Source: an uncultured delta proteobacterium (GTDB lineage Bacteria > Desulfobacterota > WTBG01 > CAIYCZ01 > CAIRTM01). Taken from it: DNA of 64,000 nucleotides. The translations under genes were made by a program, and so were the position numbers. Every line of letters starts with the position of its first letter. Positions within the stretch are counted from its first letter, which is position 1. The notes beneath the pieces were generated by a model that did not search any database, was not told where the DNA came from, and saw only the letters and a program-made list of their open reading frames with translations. The DNA lies in the NCBI GenBank assembly GCA_963804955.1, contig CAWDSQ010000007.1, positions 96,001 to 160,000 on the forward strand, written 5' to 3'. Shown piece by piece: positions 32,977 to 42,758 of the stretch.

Positions 32977-33672
32977 CTACATCCCGAAATGCATGTCCAT
33001 GGAGCGCTCAATTCCGCCCTTCTCACCGAATATCATCTTCCAGACTCCGACGCCCGGATCATGATCGATCAGGCTTTTCAGATAATCGTCAAACACCGCC
33101 ATGGTGCGCTTGAGCTCCTCGCCCGAAACAGGCTGCGCATTTTTGACCATATCGCAAAACAGGCGCAGGTACTCAAGAAAAATTTCGACAGCCCTGTCAT
33201 CAAGCTCCTCGGGTATTGATATCTGACAGGCGGCCTTTGAAAATACATCCTGCACCTTTCCGGTCTGCTTCTTTGTATATTTTGTGAGGTCGGGATACTT
33301 GTCGCGTATCTGGATCATTTGATCAAAAAGTGCCGAGTCGTCGTGATGCGTCTTGCCCGCGCGGTGGATATCAACAATCACCATTTTTTTGCCGCCCGTG
33401 CGCATCACCTCGCCGGCAAACACCGGCAGATCATACTGCACCCGGGGCCGCAGAAACATTGAGCGAACGGCAAAAAAAACCGGCAGCTGGGGCCGGATGA
33501 AAACTGCCCGCAGCAGCTTGTCCGATGAGAAAACCTCGCCGTCTATCTGCATGAGGCCCAGAGCACGCACAGGCCGCTCGGGCAGCGGATGTTTGAGCTG
33601 AACCGGCTTCAGATCAAAATATTTCCGTATCTCTTCCTGCACGATGGGATGAATATTCATAAGTGTGCTCAT
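32977..33672 (-). CDS. Ferredoxin-dependent bilin reductase (FDBR)/RCCR-fold protein
   Basis: P.YDLPVF.....D, FS, EYL..F, and HDPG....FG.....F pattern at 231 aa. Confidence 0.65.
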   Translation of the reverse strand: MSTLMNIHPIVQEEIRKYFDLKPVQLKHPLPERPVRALGLMQIDGEVFSSDKLLRAVFIRPQLPVFFAVRSMFLRPRVQYDLPVFAGEVMRTGGKKMVIVDIHRAGKTHHDDSALFDQMIQIRDKYPDLTKYTKKQTGKVQDVFSKAACQISIPEELDDRAVEIFLEYLRLFCDMVKNAQPVSGEELKRTMAVFDDYLKSLIDHDPGVGVWKMIFGEKGGIERSMDMHFGM

Positions 33673-33916
33673 GCCGTTCCGCCTTTCATGTTGTATGCAA
33701 TTATAGCCCTTTATGCTGCAGGCAAGCTCTCTATTTCAAAACACGTTAGAATTACAACTGTACCACAGTTTTAGTTTGGAAGGAAAAATATTATATCATT
33801 TTTGAATTATTACAGATAGCAACAATGAGGCATTTGAGACTTATCGGACTTGGCTTTACCGTAAAAAAACTCAAAAACAGAGTTGTTGAAGCATTTTCTT
33901 TTTACTCTGAACGGTT

Positions 33917-34134
33917 AATCTGTTCTATCATCTCGATCCGACACGGCGGATCGAGATGATAATTCGGCTTCAGTATCGGGATAAATACACTGGTTCGAAC
34001 GGATGCACACATGCAGAAAGACGCTTACCGGGAGCGGCGAGGAAGAAGGTTCATTGCAGGCGGGACGCAGCTCAAACAGCGAAGCCGGTGAGCAAAAATT
34101 TCCGTCGGAGCCTGATCGGACATGCAACAGGATT
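33917..34134 (-). ncRNA. Candidate rod-shaped (6S-like) ncRNA
   Basis: Extended -10 TGtTATGAT directly upstream, end-to-end complementarity, central bubble, internal stem cggcttc/gaagccg. Confidence 0.45.
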
Positions 34135-34237
34135 TTCTATCATAACACGTGGTAACTGTTCTCAGGCACAGAGTTCCAGAGCGTCTTCTGCACTCCCTGA
34201 TGGCTTATAGAAAGCGCTGCTTTAAAATGCAGCGCTC

Positions 34238-35541
34238 TTATAACAGACGCAAATCAAGGACCTTGCCTGATTTTTTCAGTTCATCTTCAAGCGTCTTGCG
34301 CTCAAGCAGCTTCACCTCTACGCGCATGCCCAGGCGATGCGAAAGCGTTGTAGCGCACGCGCTCGCGAAACAGCTCCTGATATTTTATCTCGTCGAAAGA
34401 TACGTTTTCCGGCACTTTGACACGCACCTCAAGGCTGTCGCGGTTGTGATCTCGCCTGGCAACAACCTGGTAGTGCGGCAAGCCGCCCTCTATTTCCATG
34501 AGAATATTTTCGATATACTGCGGCAGTATATTGATGCCCTTGACAATAAGGACATCATCGGTGCGCCCGGTGACGCGCTGCATGCGCACCATGATTCTGC
34601 CGCAGGCGCAGGGGCTGTAGTCAAGGCTGGTGACATCTCCCGTGCGGTACCGGATAAGGGGAAAAGCCTCCCTGGTGAGCGTGGTCAGAACCAGCTCTCC
34701 GGTCGCACCCGGCGGCAGAACCTCGCAGGTCTGGGGGTCGATAATTTCAGGCAGAAAATGATCTTCGGAAATATGCATGCCGGCGTGCTCGGAGCACTCT
34801 CCTGCGATGCCCGGCCCCATCAGCTCGCTGACGCCGTAGCTGTCGAATGTTTCAATAAACAGGCGCTGCTCGATTTCCCGGCGGGTGTTGTCAGACCAGA
34901 GCTCCGCACCCAGAAGGCCCTTTTTCAGCATCAGCGTTTTGGGATCAATGCCCAACGCTTCAAGTGCGTTCCGCCAGGATAAGCGCGTAGGACGGGGTTG
35001 TGGCAAGCACCGTGCTGCGATAATCCTGCATGATCCTGATCTGTTTGTCAGTCTGCTGGCTCGATGCCGGAATGACCGAGGCGCCGATGCGCTCGGCGCC
35101 ATGGTGCAGCCCGAAAGCGCCGGTAAAAAGGCCGTAGTGAAAGGATACCTGAATCACATCCTCATCGGTTACGCCTGCTGCCGTCAGAAACCGGGCAATG
35201 AGGTTGGCCCAGTTTTTGAGATCATTGCGCGTATAGCCGATAACTGTAGGCGTGTCGCTTGTTTCGGTCGTGGTGTGGATGCGTACAACCTCCCGCAGGG
35301 GCACGGCGAACATGCCGTAGGGATAATTCGCCTGCAGGTCATGCCTGGTCGTGAAAGGAAGATGCCTGAAATCGCTGTGGTTCCGGATATCCTCGGGCAC
35401 GATTTTTTTCTGGTCGAAAATGTGCCTGTAGAAGGAAACGCTTTTATACGCGCGGTTCAGACTCGACTGAAGCCGCTCGAGCTGCAGCTGCCCGAGCTCA
35501 TCGCGCTGACAGCACTCGAAATTTTTCTCCAGTATTGCCAT
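34238..35541 (-). CDS. paaK: Phenylacetate--CoA ligase-like protein, second copy (2 frameshifts)
   Basis: YGLFTGAFG, YGVSELMGPG, RYRTGD and GRTDD. The P-loop is degenerate (HTTTETSDTP). Confidence 0.88.
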
Positions 35542-35617
35542 GCCCGTGCCCCTTTCCTGTGTATAGTTATTAGCGCATTATGGCGGCAAGCTCAACAGGT
35601 AATCAGCCTCTGTGCGG

Positions 35618-36355
35618 CTATTCCCATATCGGCTTCTTCTGCTTGCCCAGGTAGGCCCGCTGCACCTCGTGATTTTCCATGAGATACTGCGCAGAGCCTT
35701 CAAACATTATTTTGCCCGTCTCAATCACATACCCCCGGTCGGCATATTTCAGGGCCATTTTCGCGTTCTGCTCAACAAGAAAAACCGTCGTGGCGTGCTG
35801 GTCGCGCAGCCGGGCGATGGCCCTGAAGATTTCGTTTACCACCAGGGGCGCCAGCCCCATGGACGGCTCGTCAAGCAGCAGCAGGCGCGGAGCTGACATA
35901 AGCGCCCGGGCAATGGCCACCATCTGCTGTTCGCCGCCGCTGAGCGTGCCGGCAAGCTGCTCGCGGCGCTCACGGAGCCGGGGAAACATCTCATACATCA
36001 AAGCGATATCGGTATCTATCCGGTGCGCGGCCCCGGAACCCATGCGGCAGTAGGCGCCAAGCTTCAAATTGTCAAGCACGCTTAAGGGGCCGAAAATCTG
36101 ACGCCCCTCCGGAACCTGGGAGATGCCCTGCCGTACGATCCGATCTGCGCTCATGCCGGTAATATCTGTACCTCCGCAGCTGATGCGGCCCGAGCGCGGG
36201 GCAACAATGCCCGATATGGTATTGAGCAGCGTCGACTTTCCCGCGCCGTTGGCCCCGATAAGGGCGACAATCTCCCCCTGCCCGATGTGCAGGGAAACAT
36301 TCTTCAGCACATGTATATCGCCGTAAAAAGTATTTATGTTCTGTAGAACAAGCAT
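35618..36355 (-). CDS. livF: Branched-chain amino acid ABC transporter ATPase
   Basis: GANGAGKS, LSGGEQQM and DEPSMGLAP. Confidence 0.95.
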   Translation of the reverse strand: MLVLQNINTFYGDIHVLKNVSLHIGQGEIVALIGANGAGKSTLLNTISGIVAPRSGRISCGGTDITGMSADRIVRQGISQVPEGRQIFGPLSVLDNLKLGAYCRMGSGAAHRIDTDIALMYEMFPRLRERREQLAGTLSGGEQQMVAIARALMSAPRLLLLDEPSMGLAPLVVNEIFRAIARLRDQHATTVFLVEQNAKMALKYADRGYVIETGKIMFEGSAQYLMENHEVQRAYLGKQKKPIWE

Positions 36356-36420
36356 GTATTTTTCTCATGCTGCAGTGTGAAACAACTAGTTCTATGCACC
36401 ATCAATCTCAGGAGCCTTTT

Positions 36421-37188
36421 TCATTCATCCCTGCCAAGATACACTTCAATGACCTGCGGGTTTGCCTGAATCTGCTCGGGTGTTCCCCATGCCAGCCGTG
36501 AGCCGAAATTGAGCACCAGTATCTCATCGGCTATGTCCATGACAAGCTCCATGTCATGCTCAACGATAATGACCGTTATCCCCCTGTCACGGATCGTGCC
36601 GATGAGCTGACCAAGGGCGCGCGTCTCCTGCGTGTTGAGCCCGGCGGCAGGCTCATCCAGCAGCATGACGGCCGGCTCGGCAGCCAGTGCCCGGCCGATT
36701 TCAAGAAGGCGCTGCGTTCCGATCGGCACGGATGCGGCAGGCTGATGGGCAAGATCGCCAAGGCCGACCATATCGAGATAGTACAGTGCTTTGTCGCGAA
36801 TCTGCTTCTCCTCACGCCGCATGCGGCCAAGGCTCAGGGCCGAAGCAATCATGCCGCAGCCCGTTTTTGTGTGGCGGCCGACCATCACATTTTCAAGCAC
36901 GGTCATGGTGCCGAAAACCTGGGCTGTCTGGAACGTTCGAGCAATGCCCAAACGGGCGATATCATGGCTTTTGAGACCGGAAATGGTCGAGCCGTTCAGC
37001 GCTATGGCCCCGGCTGTGGGAGGGGTTACGCCGGTCATGACATTGATGAGCGTGGTTTTGCCCGCTCCGTTGGGGCCGATGACCGCTGTAATGGAACCGC
37101 GCCGGACGCCGAAATCGACATCGTTCAGGGCGATAAGCCCTCCGAATTCCTTTCTGATTCCGGCTGCTTCAAGAATTGTCTCAGCCAC
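36421..37188 (-). CDS. livG: Branched-chain amino acid ABC transporter ATPase
   Basis: GPNGAGKTT, ARTFQ, DEPAAGLN and EHDM. Confidence 0.95.
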   Translation of the reverse strand: MAETILEAAGIRKEFGGLIALNDVDFGVRRGSITAVIGPNGAGKTTLINVMTGVTPPTAGAIALNGSTISGLKSHDIARLGIARTFQTAQVFGTMTVLENVMVGRHTKTGCGMIASALSLGRMRREEKQIRDKALYYLDMVGLGDLAHQPAASVPIGTQRLLEIGRALAAEPAVMLLDEPAAGLNTQETRALGQLIGTIRDRGITVIIVEHDMELVMDIADEILVLNFGSRLAWGTPEQIQANPQVIEVYLGRDE

Positions 37189-38137
37189 GGCCCCTCACTT
37201 TTTTGATTATTGTTTCATACAGGGTCTCAAAGCCCCTCATGAGGCCGCCCGGCAGAAACATGACTATCACAAGCAGTATGCTGCCGTAAATGACCAGCTC
37301 ATAGTCATGAAAGGCGCTGAGCACTTCAGGCAGCAGCGTTAAAAGCGCGGCTCCGAGCACTCCGCCCCATAAATGGCCCATGCCGCCCACGACAATCATG
37401 GTCAGCAATTTCACCGAAAACATGAGATCACTTGCCTGCGGGCTGATGAATGTTACGCTGTGGCCATAGAGAACCCCTGCAAGTGCGGCATACACGGCGC
37501 TGAGCACAAAAATCTGCACTTTCAGGGTTGTAACATTGATGCCCATGGCCGATGCAGCCATCTCGCTGCTGTGCAGACAGCGAAGCGCGCGCCCTGTTCG
37601 GGAATTAATGATATTGGCTGTGAGAATAAAAAGCAGGATAAATACTGCCCAGACAAGATAATAAAACTTAAAATCAGAGTCAAAGCTGAATCCGCCGATC
37701 TCGATGGACGGAATGCCGGCAAGGCCCGAAGGGCCGCCGGTAAAGCCGACGGAGGCGTTCAGGCAAATGAAAACAATTTCGCCGACGGCCAGGGTCGCCA
37801 CGGCAAGATAATGGCCCTTGAGGCGCAGGCAGGCCATGCCGATCACATAGGCAATAACAGTCGTAACGATGATGGCTGCTGCCAGTGCCGGCAAAAAATG
37901 AACATTGTATTTTGCTGTGAGAATCCCTGTGGTATATGCGCCCAGGGCATAAAAAGCGGCATGCCCAAGGGATATCTGGCCGGCATAGCCCATAAGCAGG
38001 TTCAGACCCATGGTAGCGATACTGAATATGCCGATAAAAACCAGGATTCCCAGGTAATAGGGGTCTTTGAGTGCAAGCGGCAGCACGGCAGCGGCGCAGC
38101 CGAATATCATGATCGGCAGGTGTCGCTTGAACGCCAT
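37181..38137 (-). CDS. livM: Branched-chain amino acid ABC permease
   Basis: GYAGQISLGHAAF and RLKGHYLAVATL. Confidence 0.95.
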   Translation of the reverse strand: MAFKRHLPIMIFGCAAAVLPLALKDPYYLGILVFIGIFSIATMGLNLLMGYAGQISLGHAAFYALGAYTTGILTAKYNVHFLPALAAAIIVTTVIAYVIGMACLRLKGHYLAVATLAVGEIVFICLNASVGFTGGPSGLAGIPSIEIGGFSFDSDFKFYYLVWAVFILLFILTANIINSRTGRALRCLHSSEMAASAMGINVTTLKVQIFVLSAVYAALAGVLYGHSVTFISPQASDLMFSVKLLTMIVVGGMGHLWGGVLGAALLTLLPEVLSAFHDYELVIYGSILLVIVMFLPGGLMRGFETLYETIIKKVRGRG

Positions 38138-38138
38138 G

Positions 38139-39032
38139 CTAAAACTCCTTGAGCTTGGCCGCTTCGCGGCTGCCCATGAGACCGCTGGGGCGCACCAGCA
38201 GCACGATCAGCAGAACGCCCAGTGCTATGGCATCCTTGTACTCAGAGGATATAAAGCCGGCGCCGAAGGATTCAAGCACGCCGATGAGAAGCCCCGCAAT
38301 GACCGCGCCGGTGCCGTTGCCAAGGCCGCCGAGCACGGCAGCGCAGAAGCCCTTCAAACCCAGCAATGCCCCCCGGTCGAACTCCATAAGCACGATCGGG
38401 GTAAAGGCGATGCCGGCAGCAGCGCCGATGCCGGCGCTCATGGCAAAGGACAGCAGCACGATACGCTTCACATTAATGCCGACAAGGCTTGCAGCAACCG
38501 GGTTGACCGAGCAGGCGCGCATGGCCTTGCCGAGCATGGTGAAATTGAAAAAAAATGCCAGCAGCGCCACGACCGCGATAAGAATACCGATGATCCAGAG
38601 GGCCTGAGGTAGAATGGTAGCTCCAAGCAGATGCAGCGGCTCCTCGCCTGAGAAATGGGGCAGGCTGTAGGTCTGCTTGCCCCACAGGAGCATGGCTGCC
38701 CCTTTGAACATGATGGAGCCCGCAAGGGTTATGATGATCAGGATCAGAACCGGCGGTTTTTTAAGCGGGAAAATGGCAAGCCGTTCAAAAGCCGCGCCGA
38801 TGCAGGTGACAATCAAAACAGACAGAAGAAACCCGACAGGCAGCGGCAGATTGAACACTGTTGTGAGCCACACCATGACCATGCCGCCGAGCATGACAAA
38901 TTCGCCCTGGGCAAAGTTGATGATGCCGGTAGCATTATAGATAATATTGAACCCGAGCCCGACCATGGCATAGATGCTGCCGATGGTGAGGCCGGTGAAC
39001 AAAAACTGAATGATTTGACTCAGCAGTGACAT
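38139..39032 (-). CDS. livH: Branched-chain amino acid ABC permease
   Basis: INFAQGEF, GKAMRA, AAVLGG and RPSGL. Confidence 0.95.
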   Translation of the reverse strand: MSLLSQIIQFLFTGLTIGSIYAMVGLGFNIIYNATGIINFAQGEFVMLGGMVMVWLTTVFNLPLPVGFLLSVLIVTCIGAAFERLAIFPLKKPPVLILIIITLAGSIMFKGAAMLLWGKQTYSLPHFSGEEPLHLLGATILPQALWIIGILIAVVALLAFFFNFTMLGKAMRACSVNPVAASLVGINVKRIVLLSFAMSAGIGAAAGIAFTPIVLMEFDRGALLGLKGFCAAVLGGLGNGTGAVIAGLLIGVLESFGAGFISSEYKDAIALGVLLIVLLVRPSGLMGSREAAKLKEF

Positions 39033-39112
39033 GGCACCAGACAAGAAAAGAGGCTAAACCGTCGGCAGAAACTCCAGTGGTTTAGCCTCAGCATTACGAA
39101 ATTTAAGCGTTG

Positions 39113-40243
39113 TTATTTGGCCACCACGATTTTGCCGTTTTTCACGGTCAGCATTTCAAAAGAAGTTTTGTCGAGTCCGCAGTGGTCCTCGGCTGAATAG
39201 TTGAAGATGCCGGCAGTGCCCACAAATCCCTTTTTATTCTCAATAAAGTCACGAATTTTGGCGCTGTCGGGACCAACAGCCTTGAGCGCTTCTACAACAA
39301 GCATATAGGCATCATAGCCATGACCGCCGAAGGTGCTCACATCGGTCTTGAATTTTTCCTCATAGTCTTTTTTGTACTTTGCAAGCAGGGCCTTTTGCGG
39401 ATTCGTGTCCGGCAGGCTGTCAACAGCAAGCAGTCGTCCGCAGGGAAACAGCACGCCCTCTGCTGCATCGCCGGCATCCTGGGCATATTTGATATTGCCG
39501 AAACCGTGGCTTTGGAACAGGGGCATGGTCATGCCCAGCTGTTTTTTGTTTTTCATGACCGTGGTTTGAGCAGGGATGATCTCCCAGTTAATGATGGCCT
39601 GAGCATCGGTGCCCTTTATTTTTGTCAGCTGGGCCGTCATGTCCGTATCCTTGGGCCCATAGGTCTCATCAGCAACAATGGTGATGCCGTATTCGGGGGC
39701 AAGCTTTTTGAGCTGCTCGCGGCCAGCCGTGCCGAAACCCGTCGTTCCCGACATGATGGCGGCCTTGGTAAGCTTCATTTCCTTCATTTTTTCGTAAATG
39801 CGGCGCACAGCATCCGCATCACTCTGCGGAGTTTTGAAAACCCATTTCTTGACAGGCTTCACAATGTCTTCTGCGGCAGCGCAGGAGACCAGCGGAATTT
39901 GCGCCTTTTCAACAATGGGAATGACCGCCATGGTGTCGCCGCTGCGCGTCGGGCCGATGATGGCTGCGACCTTGTCGTTAATCAGCTTCTTGACCTTCAT
40001 GACCGCCTTTGCCTCATCACCCTCATTGTCTTCAATGATCAGCTCGATCGGGTGACCATTGATGCCGCCGGCGGCATTGATCTGCTCGGTGAGCATAAGG
40101 GCTGTGTTGCGCTCGGGTTCTCCCAGCAGCGCGGCAGGGCCGGAAATGGCAAATACGGCACCGATTTTATACGGCTCAGCAGCCTGAACGGTCGCTGCGC
40201 ATACCATCAGACAGAACGCTCCCAAAAGCACAAATCTTCTCAT
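39113..40243 (-). CDS. LivK-type ABC substrate-binding protein
   Basis: Signal peptide and INAAGGINGHPIEL. Confidence 0.93.
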   Translation of the reverse strand: MRRFVLLGAFCLMVCAATVQAAEPYKIGAVFAISGPAALLGEPERNTALMLTEQINAAGGINGHPIELIIEDNEGDEAKAVMKVKKLINDKVAAIIGPTRSGDTMAVIPIVEKAQIPLVSCAAAEDIVKPVKKWVFKTPQSDADAVRRIYEKMKEMKLTKAAIMSGTTGFGTAGREQLKKLAPEYGITIVADETYGPKDTDMTAQLTKIKGTDAQAIINWEIIPAQTTVMKNKKQLGMTMPLFQSHGFGNIKYAQDAGDAAEGVLFPCGRLLAVDSLPDTNPQKALLAKYKKDYEEKFKTDVSTFGGHGYDAYMLVVEALKAVGPDSAKIRDFIENKKGFVGTAGIFNYSAEDHCGLDKTSFEMLTVKNGKIVVAK

Positions 40244-40323
40244 AGCCTTACCCCCTTGAAAAAAATGTTTGTAGAATGCATGGCCGAAGCGTCTGCGGTC
40301 ATGCCGCGGCCTGAAAACACCTG

Positions 40324-40755
40324 TTACAGATTGTACACCTTTGCACCTTCAAGAATGGTGATGCCCGCATCCGAGAGCGCCTTGATTGCCCGGTCATTTC
40401 CGTCAAAGCGAAAGATGATGATCGCGTTGTCCGAGCTGCGTTCGATGAAGGCGTACATATACTCAACATTGACGCTCTGCTTTTCAAGCAGGGCAAGGAT
40501 GCCCGCCAGCCCTCCGGGGGTATCAGGCACCTCAACGGCGACCACTTCGGTTTTGCTCACCGTGAAGTCATTATCCTTGAGCGCTTTCAGGGCTTTTTCA
40601 TTGTCGTTGACAATGACGCGCAGTATGCCGAAATCGGACGTATCGGCGATGGAAAGAGCCCTGATGTTAACGCCGGCGCTGCCCAGCACGCGCATCACCT
40701 CGGCAAGGCGCCCCGACTTGTTTTCCAGAAAGACCGATATCTGTTCTACCTTCAT
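40324..40755 (-). CDS. Tandem ACT-domain protein
   Basis: [13 protein letters not shown] and NVEYMYAF. Conserved neighbour of paaK. Confidence 0.93.
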   Translation of the reverse strand: MKVEQISVFLENKSGRLAEVMRVLGSAGVNIRALSIADTSDFGILRVIVNDNEKALKALKDNDFTVSKTEVVAVEVPDTPGGLAGILALLEKQSVNVEYMYAFIERSSDNAIIIFRFDGNDRAIKALSDAGITILEGAKVYNL

Positions 40756-40768
40756 AATGCCTCCTTAA

Positions 40769-40841
40769 AATTGAGGAATTGATGAATTGAGGAATCATGG
40801 AAATTGCATGCGGCAATTCCTTAATTCCCAAATTCCGGAAT
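40769..40841. repeat. Inverted pair of 8-mer tandem repeats
   Basis: aattgagg/aattgatg/aattgagg ... aattcctt/aattccca/aattccgg. Confidence 0.7.
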
Positions 40842-40846
40842 CATCT

Positions 40847-42151
40847 TTACAATTTCCGCTTATCGATCACGCGCTGGGCCTTGCCCTCGCTTCGCTGTAT
40901 CGTCTTTGGCTCAACAAGGGTGCATTTGCAGGACACACCAAACATTTCCTTAATGTCGTGCACAACGCGCTTCTCGATCACCTCAAGCTGCTTCACCTCG
41001 TCTGAAAAGATTCTCTCGTTGACCTCAACCTGAACCTCTATGGTATCCAGGTTGTTCTTGCGGTCGACGATGAGCTGATAGTGCGGCTCCAGGCCCTCGA
41101 TCTGCATGAGCGCGCTTTCGATCTGCGAGGGAAAGACATTGACGCCGCGAATGATCAGCATATCGTCGGTTCTGCCCGTAATGCGCTCCATCCTCACAAA
41201 TGTGCGGCCGCAGATGCACAGCTCAGGGTTCAGGCATGATATGTCGCGGGTTCGGTACCGTATAACCGGGAAGGCTTCCTTGGTGATAGAGGTAAAAACG
41301 AGCTCGCCTTTTTCACCGTAGGGCAGCGGCTCGCCAGTTTCGGGATCGATAATTTCCGGGATAAAGTGGTCTTCAAAAACATGCAGGCCTTTTTTAGCCT
41401 CGATGCATTCACTGGAGACACCGGGCCCGATGACCTCGGTCAGCCCGAAAATATCAACGGCGTCTATATTGAATATTTTTTCAATCTGCTCCCGCATCTT
41501 CTCCGACCACGGCTCGGCGCCGAAACAGCCTACCCTGATTTTGAAATCCTTCGCCGGGTCAATGCCCATATCACGGGCGACATCGGCAAGGTGCAGCGCG
41601 TAGGACGGCGTGCAGGTAATGGCCGTGGGGCCGAAGTCTTTCATGATCATGATCTGGCGCTTTGTATTGCCTCCCGAAATGGGAATGACCGAGGCGCCGA
41701 TCCGCTCAGCGCCGTAGTGCGCCCCCAGCCCTCCCGTAAAAAGGCCGTAGCCATAGGAGTTGTGAACAATGTCGCCCTTATGAATACCCGCAGCGGTCAG
41801 GGTCCGCGCCATGAGTTCCGCCCAGGTGTCAATATCCCGCCGGGTATAGCCTACCACGATGGGCTTACCCGTGGTGCCCGATGATGCATGCACGCGCACC
41901 ACGCTTTCCATGGGCACGCTGAACAGGCCGAAGGGATAATTGTCGCGCAGGTCGGTCTTGACGGTAAAGGGCAGCAGCCGCATATCCTTGAGCGACTTGA
42001 TATGCGCAGGCTTCAGACCGGTTTCATCGAATTTTTTCTTGTAAAACGGAACGGTAGCGTACACGCGGTCTACCGTGGCCTTAAGCCGCTTGAGCTGCAG
42101 GCTCTCCAGCGCCTCCCGGGGCAGGGTTTCAAATTCTTCGTTCCAAATCAT
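40847..42151 (-). CDS. paaK: Phenylacetate--CoA ligase
   Basis: [25 protein letters not shown] and [16 protein letters not shown]. Confidence 0.96.
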   Translation of the reverse strand: MIWNEEFETLPREALESLQLKRLKATVDRVYATVPFYKKKFDETGLKPAHIKSLKDMRLLPFTVKTDLRDNYPFGLFSVPMESVVRVHASSGTTGKPIVVGYTRRDIDTWAELMARTLTAAGIHKGDIVHNSYGYGLFTGGLGAHYGAERIGASVIPISGGNTKRQIMIMKDFGPTAITCTPSYALHLADVARDMGIDPAKDFKIRVGCFGAEPWSEKMREQIEKIFNIDAVDIFGLTEVIGPGVSSECIEAKKGLHVFEDHFIPEIIDPETGEPLPYGEKGELVFTSITKEAFPVIRYRTRDISCLNPELCICGRTFVRMERITGRTDDMLIIRGVNVFPSQIESALMQIEGLEPHYQLIVDRKNNLDTIEVQVEVNERIFSDEVKQLEVIEKRVVHDIKEMFGVSCKCTLVEPKTIQRSEGKAQRVIDKRKL

Positions 42152-42170
42152 AGGTCACAACCTCCTGTAT

Positions 42171-42750
42171 TTAGTGTTGCTCTCTCCCAAGCGCAAAGGC
42201 TTTTAAGTTAAGATCAACCAGCTTCGGCGGCAGCATTGCTCGTATAGCCTCATGCCATATATGTCTCCGCCACATCAAAAAACCGCGACAGCGCGCCAAC
42301 AAAGGCCACATTCAGGGCCTTGGCATTGCCCGCCTGTTTTGCAAGCCCCAGAGCATCCACCAGCTCGAAACGGCGATAGTGTGCGGAAAGCAGCCCGGGG
42401 ATAGTGCCGGGGTACTCATCCTTGCCGAGCGTCACCGACGGCGGAAGTATTTTCTGGTTATTGACAAGCACGACGGCATCAGGGCTGAGGGTGTTTAGAT
42501 AGCGCATTGTTTCCAGCAATTCAAATGAAAAAAGAATGTCAACTTCACCGTCCTTTATGAGAGGCGAATAGACTTTTTTCCCGAAACGCACATGGGTGGT
42601 CACGGAACCGCCGCGCTGGGCCATGCCGTGCACTTCGCTTTTCTTGACATCGAAGCCGGCTTTCATCATGGCCTCGGAAACGATCTCGCTGGCGAGAATA
42701 ACGCCCTGACCGCCAACGCCTGCCATCAATATATTGGTAACCTTATCCAT
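42171..42750 (-). CDS. iorB: Indolepyruvate:ferredoxin oxidoreductase beta subunit (frameshift near 42257)
   Basis: GVGGQG and SEVHGMAQRGGSV. The NLKAFALG tail lies in the shifted frame. Confidence 0.95.
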
Positions 42751-42758
42751 ATCAGGTC

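Noticed and set aside
39320..40768. 482 aa plus-strand ORF, and similar long ORFs at 3270-4319, 15765-16616, 34885-35682 and 61885-62985
   Set aside because: Antisense shadows of well-supported genes in GC-rich DNA, with no recognisable motifs.
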